Virus record (IMG/VR): IMGVR_UViG_3300022177_000062
Span: 10,593-74,592 of that record
Direction: 5' to 3' (one strand)
Length of the DNA stretch: 64,000 nucleotides
Source of the DNA: a virus
This document shows, piece after piece, positions 1 through 9,272 of the stretch. Position 1 is the stretch's first letter. The number at the start of each line of letters is the position of its first letter. The position numbers were made by a program, and so were the translations under genes. The notes under the pieces were generated by a model. It did not search any database. It was given only the letters and a program-made list of their open reading frames with translations, and had not been told where the DNA came from.

Positions 1-2
1 GG

Positions 3-248
3 CGCAGGGTTGAAATAGAGTGCATCAAGGCGGCTTACAATTATCGGACAATCGGCCTCAAGGAAATGCAGGAAAGGATACGGGTACTGATGGAGTTCAG
101 CGGACCCGTGCCTGACGATATCCGGGAAGAAATGTTGGAGGGGATGACTGGTGTCAACGATCCGGAAAGAGACGAAACCGGCGAAGAAGAACGTAACCGG
201 CAACGGGTTGAAACAAACAGGAACCGGCGTAGCGGTAGAGAAGATTAA
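3..248 (+). CDS. C-terminal fragment of probable portal protein (5' truncated)
   Basis: Frame is open from the window edge (RRVEIECIKAAYNY...MQERIR); position upstream of protease and capsid. Confidence 0.45.
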   Translation, partial: RRVEIECIKAAYNYRTIGLKEMQERIRVLMEFSGPVPDDIREEMLEGMTGVNDPERDETGEEERNRQRVETNRNRRSGRED

Positions 249-314
249 GCGCGCCGTTCAGGAAAGACAGGACTTCGACCTGATGAATAGGGCAATGTCC
301 GGGAGGGTGTAGAC

Positions 315-1556
315 GTGGCAAGAAAGCCTACCGACAAAGAGCTGGCCTTGATAAACCAGCTTGCAAAGCGTGAGTGTTCCGCCGATGAGTTCTATGTTTT
401 TGACGCGAAGCCGGCGAACGATTTCATGCTTACGTCCTACTTCTACTATCTCGGGACCACCAGCCTCATGAATTTCAAGGCGGACCTTGACCGGGAACGT
501 CTGAGGCTCGGGGCATCGCATAAGCGCGATCTCAACTTCGGTCGCTGGCTACCGGGCGATATCGCCAGCGTAGACACGCCTGAAGGGGCCAAGAAGGGAA
601 GAAGCTACCAGCTCCAGGCGCCCTTTTACATGCTTAGGGGGTTGACGGTCGGTCAGTACAACACAGATGAACTCGCAAAAGGCATCGAAACCGGCACCCT
701 GCTGGATCTCAGCATTGAATGGCACGGCGGTAAGCCCATTTGCGATATCTGCGGCGGTGATATCCGCAAATCTGATGAATGCGAGCATCTTCCCGGCCGC
801 GAGTACGACGGGGTTGTCTGCACGTTCACCGTGGAAAACGCCCATCTCGGGGCCTGTGACCTGGTGGATGACGGCGGTCTTCCGCTGGCAACGCTATCGG
901 GTGGCAAAGACGGCATCGTGAACATTGCCGAACCGGGCAATATGGAAGGCATCAAGAAGCTCTCAGCAGAACATCCAATAACAGGGAGACTCGTCTTTTC
1001 CCTTTCTGATATTGGAAATAACCTTACAGAAGGAGGGAATATCGTGAACTTTGAAGAGTTTGTGAAGCAGTTTTCCAAGGAACTGGCGGATCACTACGTG
1101 CCCAGAGCCGATCACGACAAGGCCGTAAACGACCTGCAGACACAGATCACCACTGCCCAGACCGAGACCACGAAGGTCAAGGAAGATCTCGCAAAGGCCC
1201 AGGGCGATCTTGCCGAACTGACCGAGAAATCAAAGGGAATCAGCGCCGAGCTTGACGCATCGAAAGACCTTATAAGGATAGGCGAAATCCGCCTCAATGA
1301 ATTGCGCGAAGAGTATCACAAGCTCGGCGTGATTCTCTACGAAGACAAGTGGAGCAAGGAGGCGGAAGACACGACCCTGAACGCTCTGGAGACCCCGAAG
1401 TGTCTCGAACATCTGACGGCCAAGATCGCCACGATGAAGGAAGAGGTCAAGACCAGACTCGCCAAGGCAGACAAGGGCGACCATACGTCCGACCGGGACA
1501 TGACCATCCAGTACAGCCACCTCGACAATCCGGCGCTGTACCGGACAAAGAAATAG
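315..1556 (+). CDS. Prohead protease/scaffold protein
   Basis: Globular N-terminal part with a CDICG...CEH motif, coiled-coil C-terminal half; position before decoration/capsid genes. Confidence 0.6.
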   Translation: MARKPTDKELALINQLAKRECSADEFYVFDAKPANDFMLTSYFYYLGTTSLMNFKADLDRERLRLGASHKRDLNFGRWLPGDIASVDTPEGAKKGRSYQLQAPFYMLRGLTVGQYNTDELAKGIETGTLLDLSIEWHGGKPICDICGGDIRKSDECEHLPGREYDGVVCTFTVENAHLGACDLVDDGGLPLATLSGGKDGIVNIAEPGNMEGIKKLSAEHPITGRLVFSLSDIGNNLTEGGNIVNFEEFVKQFSKELADHYVPRADHDKAVNDLQTQITTAQTETTKVKEDLAKAQGDLAELTEKSKGISAELDASKDLIRIGEIRLNELREEYHKLGVILYEDKWSKEAEDTTLNALETPKCLEHLTAKIATMKEEVKTRLAKADKGDHTSDRDMTIQYSHLDNPALYRTKK

Positions 1557-1591
1557 GGCAAGAAAGCCAATAATCAAGGAGGGAACACGAG

Positions 1592-2212
1592 ATGGCAAAT
1601 AGAGGCATAGGCAGCATGGATGAAGTCGGAATCGCGGCCGGGTACAAGACTTATCTGTCGGCCCTTGTGAGGGGAACCGATGAGGGCAAGGCCGTCATGG
1701 TGAGCAGCAACAATACCGTTGCTCTTGTCACCACAGGGCTCAACTTTGCGGGTGTTGTCAGGACGATAGGCGACGGTCCCACCGTTCTTACCGGTGTTCA
1801 GGAGGACGGATACGCAGAGATCGGCTACACCGGCGGTAACCCGTCGGTTGGCTGGAATTACCTTGTCGGGGGTTCGACCGCTGGCAAAGTCGCTTTGGCG
1901 GATGAGGTCGCGGTCAAGACCGTTGAGGTGACGGTAGACCTCGGAGATACCAGCGGAGCCAGCGCGGCAGATGCGGACCTTGTCGGCGGGAAGATCATCG
2001 GGATCGTCAGCGACACCAATCAGGACCAGTTGGTTGATGATGTCTCGCTGGGAGAAACCGGGGCGGTTACGGTCACTCTCGCGGCCGGGGCCACCGCTGA
2101 CAACAAGTTCGTTGTCGCGGTCCAGAAGGACGAAGCCACGTTCCCGAAACGCTGGTTTGTCAGGTCCGTTGACACCACGAACCACACCGTCACTGTCGAT
2201 CTGGGCAGGTAA
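1592..2212 (+). CDS. Head decoration (cement) protein with an inserted domain
   Basis: Gly/Val/Thr-rich beta protein between scaffold and capsid; RBS GGAGG. Confidence 0.6.
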   Translation: MANRGIGSMDEVGIAAGYKTYLSALVRGTDEGKAVMVSSNNTVALVTTGLNFAGVVRTIGDGPTVLTGVQEDGYAEIGYTGGNPSVGWNYLVGGSTAGKVALADEVAVKTVEVTVDLGDTSGASAADADLVGGKIIGIVSDTNQDQLVDDVSLGETGAVTVTLAAGATADNKFVVAVQKDEATFPKRWFVRSVDTTNHTVTVDLGR

Positions 2213-2232
2213 CGGAACACACGACCATAGCG

Positions 2233-2264
2233 GCCCCCGGCCTTACAGGTTCGGGGGCTTTTTT
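2233..2264 (+). terminator. Intrinsic terminator-like hairpin
   Basis: GCCCCCG/CGGGGGC stem followed by T6. Confidence 0.7.
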
Positions 2265-2293
2265 ATTGCCAACAACCAAGGAGGAAACAAAAG

Positions 2294-3424
2294 ATGGCCA
2301 TAAAGATCGTAAGAGTAAACGGACCCAACGAGATCAAACTGGACGGCACCCTGTACGACCTCGCGAGCGAGCATGGGTGCTCATTGTCGGCCCTGCTTGA
2401 GGAGATGAACCCCACTCATCCCGACGACAAGAGCGGCCTCGATGCGTTCGACAGGCAGTTGCAGCGTCTCGGGATTGTGAGAACAAACGATCCCGAACAC
2501 GGCATCTACGCCGGACAGGGCAAGCTCTTCTTCCAGAGCAATCTTCCCGAATCCAGGATCCTCTTTCCGGAGTACATCAACCGCAGGATCAATGCTGCCA
2601 TGATCGAGCGCGGAGACTTCCTCCAGTACATCGTGTCCGAGTGGGAGTACGGCCGGATGTTCAGGAGCATCTATCTGGACGACACCCAGGCGCAGAGACG
2701 GTCCGGCAAAAGGGCACAGGGTGCCAGGCCGAAAGTCCTGAAAGCCAGCTGGTCCGAAAAGAACGTCAAGATCGAAGACTTCTCCATCGAAATCCAGGCG
2801 GACTACGATTTCATCCAGGAAGTCCAGTTGCCCATCCTTGACGTTATTCTCCAGAGAGCCGCGATGACGCGCGCCGTTGACGAACTCGGAGAAGCCGTTT
2901 CGGTGATCCTGAGCGGCGACGGAACGGGTAAGGAGAGCACCGGGGCACACGTCGACAAACTGTCCGATCTGGGCATCGAGGGGAACACCGGCGTGGAATC
3001 GATGACCTTCAAGTCCTACCTGAAGTGGCAGGCGCAGTTCTACCCCTACAGGATGACAGCCATCATCGGCAGCATCGCCGACCTCGTGGACTTCTACACC
3101 ATGACCACTCCCACGGACACGACCTACGCCCTGCTGACGACCATGCTCACCCGAGCCGCGGTCGGCGGAGAGCCTGTCTTCGTGCAGTCGCCCTTCGGAG
3201 CGGTCAACCTCATTCCCTTCAACGACACGGATGTTCTCTCTGCGGATGATCTTATCGGTGTCGACAAGACGTTCGGCATCATCGGCCACAGGAATACGGG
3301 TGTGGACCTCGTGGAGACCGACAGGCTGATCCGGGAGAAATGGCAAGTCATCGTCATCTCGAACAAAGTGGGCTTCTCAAACCTCTTCCGGGCCGCGACA
3401 AGGAAGCTGGACGGCGACGCGTAG
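2294..3424 (+). CDS. Major capsid protein
   Basis: 376 aa, strong RBS, synteny after decoration gene, HK97-like C-terminal pattern (DLVETDRLIREKWQVIVIS...GF). Confidence 0.75.
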   Translation: MAIKIVRVNGPNEIKLDGTLYDLASEHGCSLSALLEEMNPTHPDDKSGLDAFDRQLQRLGIVRTNDPEHGIYAGQGKLFFQSNLPESRILFPEYINRRINAAMIERGDFLQYIVSEWEYGRMFRSIYLDDTQAQRRSGKRAQGARPKVLKASWSEKNVKIEDFSIEIQADYDFIQEVQLPILDVILQRAAMTRAVDELGEAVSVILSGDGTGKESTGAHVDKLSDLGIEGNTGVESMTFKSYLKWQAQFYPYRMTAIIGSIADLVDFYTMTTPTDTTYALLTTMLTRAAVGGEPVFVQSPFGAVNLIPFNDTDVLSADDLIGVDKTFGIIGHRNTGVDLVETDRLIREKWQVIVISNKVGFSNLFRAATRKLDGDA

Positions 3425-3447
3425 GCGAAGGCCTAAGTACGATAACA

Positions 3448-3475
3448 AAGGCCCCTTCTTGACCGAAGGGGCCTT
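3448..3475. terminator. Hairpin after capsid gene
   Basis: Perfect 11-bp inverted repeat AAGGCCCCTTC/GAAGGGGCCTT. Confidence 0.55.
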
Positions 3476-3496
3476 AACCTTTGGAGGGATAAAGAT

Positions 3497-3913
3497 ATGG
3501 CTGATGCAGTAGCAACAGTGCATGGAATAGGACACAACGGGGCGAATACCCGCCTCATACTCTACAAATTCTCTCTCACGAGTGTCGGCACCAGCGCAAC
3601 AGGCGCCGAACAGAAGCTCAGCGGGATAGCCAGCAAAGGTACGATCAAGCAGATACGCGCCTATTCGTCTTCCGACGACTTCGATATCTCGATCAGAAAC
3701 AAGACCGGAGTGTCAGCCGGCACGATCAACGAGATACTGACCATCGAGGGCATCGACAACAGATATGACACCTATGGTCTCGATATCAACTATCGGAACG
3801 CGGACGCCGCCATTGAGGGCTCGCTGTATGCCGTCGTGAAGAATGACGATAGCTCTCACGCGACGGGGACCATCTACCTCGAACTCTACGTCGAAGTTCT
3901 CGACACAATATAG
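3497..3913 (+). CDS. Hypothetical virion protein
   Basis: 138-aa beta-rich ORF with RBS in the head module. Confidence 0.5.
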   Translation: MADAVATVHGIGHNGANTRLILYKFSLTSVGTSATGAEQKLSGIASKGTIKQIRAYSSSDDFDISIRNKTGVSAGTINEILTIEGIDNRYDTYGLDINYRNADAAIEGSLYAVVKNDDSSHATGTIYLELYVEVLDTI

Positions 3914-3922
3914 GGGGACAAA

Positions 3923-4219
3923 ATGGCTGAAATCAAGACTCCTCTTCGTTCAGGCATACCTTCCGATCTTGTGACAAAGAAGCTGTCAGCGGCCAATGAT
4001 ACGGTGGAACAGGGATTCTACGCCGCAACGACTCTTTCCGCGGTCGATACCGACCTCGCAACAGCAAACATCAAAGCTGGCGTGACAATCTTCGGGATAG
4101 AAGGCAAAACCGAAGTCGTGGACACCACGGAAGCGGGAAACCCCGCGGCGGCAGGCGATATAGCGCTTGGGAAGATCGCCTTTGTAAACGGCGCGAAGAT
4201 TACCGGCACCGCAGAGTAG
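3923..4219 (+). CDS. Head-fibre-like protein
   Basis: NIKAGVTIFGIEG and AGDIALGKIAFVNGAKITGT motifs typical of phage fibre repeats. Confidence 0.5.
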   Translation: MAEIKTPLRSGIPSDLVTKKLSAANDTVEQGFYAATTLSAVDTDLATANIKAGVTIFGIEGKTEVVDTTEAGNPAAAGDIALGKIAFVNGAKITGTAE

Positions 4220-4238
4220 TTCCGAAACTGACATAACC

Positions 4239-4279
4239 GGGAAGGGGCCGTACACCTACAACGTACTGTGCCCCTTCCC
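4239..4279. terminator. Intergenic hairpin
   Basis: 10-bp stem GGGAAGGGGC/GCCCCTTCCC. Confidence 0.5.
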
Positions 4280-4293
4280 TATCTTGAGGACCA

Positions 4294-4731
4294 ATGGCCG
4301 CAAGCATACTGACAACCGCCAATCGAAGCAACTGGAAGACCCAAGCCCGGATAAAGCTCGTCGGGGAAGACTCCGCCGTGCTATTGCCCGATACCACGGT
4401 AGAAGCGTTCATAGACCAGGCTGAGAGGGCAATCAAGGGCAAGGTCACGGGCTGGGCATCGCTCGCCGGCGATGACAAGGAGAATCTGATCGATGCGGCC
4501 TTGTCGTATCTTTGTGCACTCCTTGTTCCTGCCGTCCGTAACGTCATGGCAAAGACCGAGAAAGTGGGTGAGACCTCCATCACCCGAGACCTCGACTTCA
4601 ACAAGTTGGAGTCTGACCTGTACGGTGAATCAGGAGCGTTTTGCCAGGCAATCTCCATCTATTCCTACGCGCCAGCGTATGGTGCCGATGTTGTTTCGCC
4701 CATCACCCCAATGTTTGAGGAGTTCGAATGA
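4294..4731 (+). CDS. Head-tail connector (adaptor)
   Basis: Helical 145 aa with KTEKVGETSIT motif; neck position. Confidence 0.6.
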   Translation: MAASILTTANRSNWKTQARIKLVGEDSAVLLPDTTVEAFIDQAERAIKGKVTGWASLAGDDKENLIDAALSYLCALLVPAVRNVMAKTEKVGETSITRDLDFNKLESDLYGESGAFCQAISIYSYAPAYGADVVSPITPMFEEFE

Positions 4732-5075
4732 CCATCACCATAGATGCAGCGGCCCGCATCAGGCGGATGGGTAATGCGACTGTCTCCATTCAGCGACTTC
4801 GGACCACCGAAGACGTGACAAGCCATGAGACTATTCAGTCCGGCGTACCCTGCATCATCGTTCCCCAGAAACGCTACAGTCAGCAGGACGAGGATGCTAT
4901 CTACCGGGAAAGAGGCGGGGAGAGCACCTCTTACAATTTGTATTTCGTATCCACGGTTGACGTGAAACCCGGCGATATCGTGACTGATGGATCTCTCAAT
5001 TTCAGGCTCCTCAATGACTTCGAGCGATATGTCTGTCCCGGCTTCATCATAGCTCCCGCGGTGATTGAGTCATGA
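4728..5075 (+). CDS. Head closure protein
   Basis: 115 aa with VKPGDIV motif; ATGA overlap; synteny. Confidence 0.55.
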   Translation: MTITIDAAARIRRMGNATVSIQRLRTTEDVTSHETIQSGVPCIIVPQKRYSQQDEDAIYRERGGESTSYNLYFVSTVDVKPGDIVTDGSLNFRLLNDFERYVCPGFIIAPAVIES

Positions 5076-5554
5076 TGCACGTGATCCTGAACACCGCAGA
5101 GATAGATGCGACCCTGAACCGCCTGATGAGCATGTCCTTTGACCCGTTCTTCAAGGACAGTGGCCAGTACATCGAGAACCAGACCACCAGGAGGTTATCG
5201 AAGGGCGTTGACGTCTCTGGCGATCCGTTCGTTCCCCTGAAGAAGAAGTACGCCAAACGGAAGGAGAAGGCGGGATACGGCAGCAAACCGGCCATGACCG
5301 CTACGGGTGATCTCGGTAGAGCGCTGTTCTCCCAGATGCTGGCGGATGACGAGTCGTTGACCACGGTGATCGGTATGCACCGGGCCATACCTGGATTGAA
5401 CACCCGAGTAGAGGCCATGGCCAGTATAACGGAACGCCTCGAAAAAGGTGCCGCCCCCCTTGCCGGTCCCAGAGAGATGTTTGGCCTTGACGATCAGGAT
5501 ACTGAATGGGTTCTTGACAGGTTCGCAACAATGTTTGAATCGGAGTTGACGTAA
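5072..5554 (+). CDS. Virion morphogenesis / tail completion protein (Mu gpG-like)
   Basis: G.DVSGDPFVPLKKKY...TATGDL and REMFGL motifs. Confidence 0.7.
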   Translation: MMHVILNTAEIDATLNRLMSMSFDPFFKDSGQYIENQTTRRLSKGVDVSGDPFVPLKKKYAKRKEKAGYGSKPAMTATGDLGRALFSQMLADDESLTTVIGMHRAIPGLNTRVEAMASITERLEKGAAPLAGPREMFGLDDQDTEWVLDRFATMFESELT

Positions 5555-6030
5555 TGGAAATCAAGACAGTCAGAAACGCCCTTATCGCCACAATTAGGCT
5601 CGACACCGACATTATCAGCAAGTTCGGTGCCGACAAGGTGGATTACGGTCTTGGCAGGAGCGTGAAAAAGATCATGCTTCCCCGGTCTATCCGGGTTGTC
5701 CAGCTTGGCAGGGGCAAAACCGAAGAGGATGCAGAAGAGATAGCCGACTTCGGCGGTGGCAGCGCATATGTGTGGGCTTCTTACAGGTTCCATGTCGTGG
5801 CTATCTTCCAGTTGGCCGAGGGGGAAGACGAGAAGGACGCCGAGGACTACGAGAGCGACTACGACCGGATAATGCGCAAGGCAATATCGGCTGACTGTAC
5901 CATTGGAGGCATTGTCACGGACGTAGAGTTTGGCAGGACCATTCTCAGACAACACCCAGAAAAAGAAGGTATCTACTTTGTGCTCCTCGAAGTAAACGCC
6001 ATTGCCTACGAGAGCGCAACCGAGCGATGA
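5554..6030 (+). CDS. Tail terminator-like protein
   Basis: 158 aa directly before the tail tube; coupled start. Confidence 0.5.
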   Translation: MEIKTVRNALIATIRLDTDIISKFGADKVDYGLGRSVKKIMLPRSIRVVQLGRGKTEEDAEEIADFGGGSAYVWASYRFHVVAIFQLAEGEDEKDAEDYESDYDRIMRKAISADCTIGGIVTDVEFGRTILRQHPEKEGIYFVLLEVNAIAYESATER

Positions 6031-6215
6031 GAGTCGGCAAGGAGAACGGCAAGACTGTTGTCAGATGCAGCGGATGTGGTTTCAAGGTCTATGATCCCCC
6101 GGTTCTCCGGTCCCGTGTAGCTCTCATTAACGATGGATATATCTGTCTGAAGTGTCCGCGATGCAAGCGGTTCTCAGACAGCGTACCGATAAAAGAGATC
6201 TTTCTCAACGAATAG
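6027..6215 (+). CDS. Com-like zinc-ribbon protein
   Basis: CSGC...KCPRCK, 62 aa. Confidence 0.6.
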   Translation: MRVGKENGKTVVRCSGCGFKVYDPPVLRSRVALINDGYICLKCPRCKRFSDSVPIKEIFLNE

Positions 6216-6230
6216 AGGAGGTATTCAAAG

Positions 6231-7598
6231 ATGGCCAATGAAGCCCTTGTAAGAAAATCGACACTGGCGATAAAGAAGGAATTATCGTTCAATGCTGACC
6301 CGGTTGCTGAGTCGGGCAACGTGATCCGCGTTGCCGATTTCGAGTTGGACGGAGAGTACGATCAGGAATCCTATACCGAAATCTCCAATACGAAAGATGG
6401 AACACCGGAGTTGCGCGGGGCTTCCAAGGCTCCCGGTAACATCTCCATCAACATGCGCGCGTCCGGGGCAGAGGGCACGGCGCCGGAGGGTGACGTTCTC
6501 TACGAGGGCAGCTTCGGAACGAAGAAGACATCAACGGCGGACGTCGTCGGGGCCAGCGCTTCAACCACCGCGATCCCCGTCGCCGATGCAAGCCATTTTC
6601 ATGTCAACGATGTTCTTGCCTGCATCATCCCCACGGTTACGACCTTTACCGTCGACACCGGTAGCACAACCACAACCATCGAGCTTACCAGCGTCACCGG
6701 CCTTGCGGTTGGCGACATCGTGCAGGTTCCGAACGGTGATGGAACGGCACTCATCGAAGCCGTGGAGATCACAGGAATCAACGCGACAGACAAAAACATC
6801 ACCATATCACCCGCAGTAACGACGGTCCCTGAAGTGGCGACGACCGTCAAGAAAGCATCCATTGAGTTCACGCGCGTCACGGCACTGGACACCGACACCG
6901 ACGTGCTCACGGTCTCCCCTGCCCTCTCTGCGGCACCTGACCGGTATACAGACCTGCGCTCCAGCGTTAATTACCAGTTCAGTCTGAGTGATCTGCCCAG
7001 CTTCTGGATTGACCTGTGGCGTGGTGACGTGGTGCATGAGGAGTACGGCGGCAACAAGGTCGACTCCCTGGAGATCAATTTCGAGACGGGCAAGGTCATT
7101 GTCCCGAAGTTCTCCTTCAACGGCGTGTCGTTCAACAAGGAAACCGGCTCCTACGGTCTCGGAGCGCCCTCTTTCAACGACGAGGTTCCCGTAGTGGCCA
7201 AGAATATGCGGGTGCTGATCGGTGGCTCCTCGCACAACTGCGATAAGTTCAGCTTCAAGATCAGCAACGAGATTTACGACGACAAGGATCTGACCACGGA
7301 CGGTATAGGCCAGAAGATCCACACGGCGAGGACCGTCGAGGGGTCTTTTTCGGAACTCTACAGGTCGCTGGCCATTTACACCGCTTTCAAGAACGACACC
7401 CAGAGCACCGCTATAATTGTTTGCGGTCGTGACGGCAAGGTGACAGCCGGTAACGCCATTGTTCTGATCGTTCCGGCCATGCGCTATATCAAGACCCCGA
7501 TCACGAAGGACAACAATCTGTTCAAGTACGACGTCTCCTACAAGGCCATGAACGGGCTTGTAGGGTCGGAAGACGCCGCCGTCCTTGCGTTCCTGTAA
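6231..7598 (+). CDS. Tail tube protein with nested inserted beta domains
   Basis: Tube-like N- and C-terminal parts flanking a Thr/Val-rich insertion; position. Confidence 0.7.
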   Translation: MANEALVRKSTLAIKKELSFNADPVAESGNVIRVADFELDGEYDQESYTEISNTKDGTPELRGASKAPGNISINMRASGAEGTAPEGDVLYEGSFGTKKTSTADVVGASASTTAIPVADASHFHVNDVLACIIPTVTTFTVDTGSTTTTIELTSVTGLAVGDIVQVPNGDGTALIEAVEITGINATDKNITISPAVTTVPEVATTVKKASIEFTRVTALDTDTDVLTVSPALSAAPDRYTDLRSSVNYQFSLSDLPSFWIDLWRGDVVHEEYGGNKVDSLEINFETGKVIVPKFSFNGVSFNKETGSYGLGAPSFNDEVPVVAKNMRVLIGGSSHNCDKFSFKISNEIYDDKDLTTDGIGQKIHTARTVEGSFSELYRSLAIYTAFKNDTQSTAIIVCGRDGKVTAGNAIVLIVPAMRYIKTPITKDNNLFKYDVSYKAMNGLVGSEDAAVLAFL

Positions 7599-7620
7599 AG
7601 AGGACACCGGAGCCCGGCCC

Positions 7621-8409
7621 GTGAAAGCCAAGAGAGACAAGCGCCTCCTTGTAATATCGGATCTTCACTGCGGACACGTAGTGGGATTGACACCGCCCCG
7701 CTGGCGTAACGGCCTCGGGGATACTGTGAGAGAAGAGCTTCAGGCGAAACTATGGGGCTTCTACATCTCTTCGCTGAGAAGGTGGAAGCCCTTTGATATC
7801 GTTCTGGTCAATGGAGATATGACGGACGGCAAGGGCGAGAGATCTGGTGGCACGGAACTGATTACGACGGACCGCCTGAAACAGGCTGAGATGGCCAGCG
7901 AGTGCATCCTGGCGACGGGCTGTAGGGTGGTCAGGGCAAAGCCGGGAACACCCTATCACGTCGGTATGTCAGAAGACTTCGAAGCCGCAGTTATCGATAA
8001 GCTGAAGGCTGAAGGTGTGGACGCCAACATAGACGATGCAAGTCTCTACGAGGTCAATGGCCGGGTCATCAACATGAAACACTTCGTCTCCGGATCGTCC
8101 ATTCCCCATGGCAGGGACACGGCGATCCTGAGAGACGGGACGTGGAACCTGCAATGGATGATCGAGGGAGAAACCCAAGCTGACTTGTTTATTCGAAGTC
8201 ATGTTCACTATAGCCGGTACATATTCGACGGCAACCGTCATTTCATCATAACCCCTGCCCTACAGGGCCTCGGCTCAAAGGGCGCAAGGAAGTGGAGTGG
8301 GGTTGTTCACTTCGGTATAACCGTGATCGACATCAGCAAGGCTGGCGCCGTCAAAGTGCATTTCGAAACCATCAGAGGTTTGGCAAAATCGAAAATCCAG
8401 ACTTTATAG
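7621..8409 (+). CDS. Calcineurin-like metallophosphoesterase
   Basis: ISDLHCG, VNGD, KH and SHVH metal motifs; GTG start. Confidence 0.8.
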   Translation: MKAKRDKRLLVISDLHCGHVVGLTPPRWRNGLGDTVREELQAKLWGFYISSLRRWKPFDIVLVNGDMTDGKGERSGGTELITTDRLKQAEMASECILATGCRVVRAKPGTPYHVGMSEDFEAAVIDKLKAEGVDANIDDASLYEVNGRVINMKHFVSGSSIPHGRDTAILRDGTWNLQWMIEGETQADLFIRSHVHYSRYIFDGNRHFIITPALQGLGSKGARKWSGVVHFGITVIDISKAGAVKVHFETIRGLAKSKIQTL

Positions 8410-8666
8410 TCCCAGATCTGTCGAAAACCGAGGAGCGGCCCGTCTGCCCCGATTGTGGAGCATCCAAGCCCCTATCTCAAGGCCCACGGTGGCAGTGCCG
8501 CAATTGCTCTCGACTCTGGATAAAACAGCCGCATCCACGGAAGAAGCTGTTGCGGGAAGATGCCTGTATAAGATGTGGTTCTCACCATCTCTATCGTCAC
8601 TCAGGCGGCACTAGGTGGCTGTGCGCAGACTGTGGCCTCACATTCAAACGAGACAAGGGGCAATAA
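8406..8666 (+). CDS. Twin zinc-ribbon protein (start uncertain)
   Basis: CPDC...CRNC and CIRC...CADC. Confidence 0.5.
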   Translation: MVPDLSKTEERPVCPDCGASKPLSQGPRWQCRNCSRLWIKQPHPRKKLLREDACIRCGSHHLYRHSGGTRWLCADCGLTFKRDKGQ

Positions 8667-8959
8667 TGGCAAAAGCCAAGAGAGACCGGATCATTCTGGG
8701 AATCATCATCGCTACGTTCCTTTGTCTTGCCGCAATTACTGTCTGGGCGGCAGAGGTAGGCAGGATCGTGGAAAAAGATGATCGGTCGACCGTCTTCTGG
8801 GCCTTGGGTGGCCTCCAAACCATCCAGATTCTTTTGCTCGGTTGGATAAAACTCGATATCAAGGACCTGTGGAAGCGCGCGAACAGCCATGGCCACTCCA
8901 TCGAGTGTGAAGTGACGGGCTGCAAGCCCAAGACAACTGGCGTGCTCATTCAGGAATAG
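8666..8959 (+). CDS. Membrane protein with two hydrophobic segments (lysis-cassette associated)
   Basis: IILGIIIATFLCLAAITVWA and VFWALGGLQTIQILLLGWI. Confidence 0.55.
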   Translation: MAKAKRDRIILGIIIATFLCLAAITVWAAEVGRIVEKDDRSTVFWALGGLQTIQILLLGWIKLDIKDLWKRANSHGHSIECEVTGCKPKTTGVLIQE

Positions 8960-8976
8960 CGGGAGGGGGGGGAGAC

Positions 8977-9128
8977 ATGGGGCGATTCGATATGTGTGCA
9001 ACTGTGGAAGGGTCCGTAGGGGCAATTCGTGGGTTCTTCCGAAGAAGGGGGCAAGACCCCAAAGGAATGATGACGTGGTCGTCATCGTCAAATGCCCGGC
9101 TTGCCGGGTAAAAATCAAGGAGGCGTAG
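8977..9128 (+). pseudogene. Small zinc-ribbon ORF apparently frameshifted in a G-run just after its ATG
   Basis: SD plus ATG at 8977, but the CNC...CPAC frame (ends TAG 9128) is offset by one base. Confidence 0.35.
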
Positions 9129-9129
9129 A

Positions 9130-9267
9130 ATGGCAGCATTCATGACAGGTTTTGTTTGTGCAGTAATCTTCGGCGCCGCAGGGTTCATCGTCGGTTGGTT
9201 CGCCCGGAAAAACAGCAAGGGAACGTCTGAAAGGACCGACAAGATCATCGACGCGGTCAAGGGGTAA
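9130..9267 (+). CDS. 45-aa single-TM protein
   Basis: MAAFMTGFVCAVIFGAAGFIVGWFARK...; RBS GGAGG; below the ORF-track cutoff. Confidence 0.6.
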   Translation: MAAFMTGFVCAVIFGAAGFIVGWFARKNSKGTSERTDKIIDAVKG

Positions 9268-9272
9268 GAACA

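Noticed and set aside
2381-3346. Long antisense ORFs (also 6807-7640, 27063-27809, 30742-31668, 56342-57298)
   Set aside because: Shadows of well-supported opposite-strand genes, with no motifs
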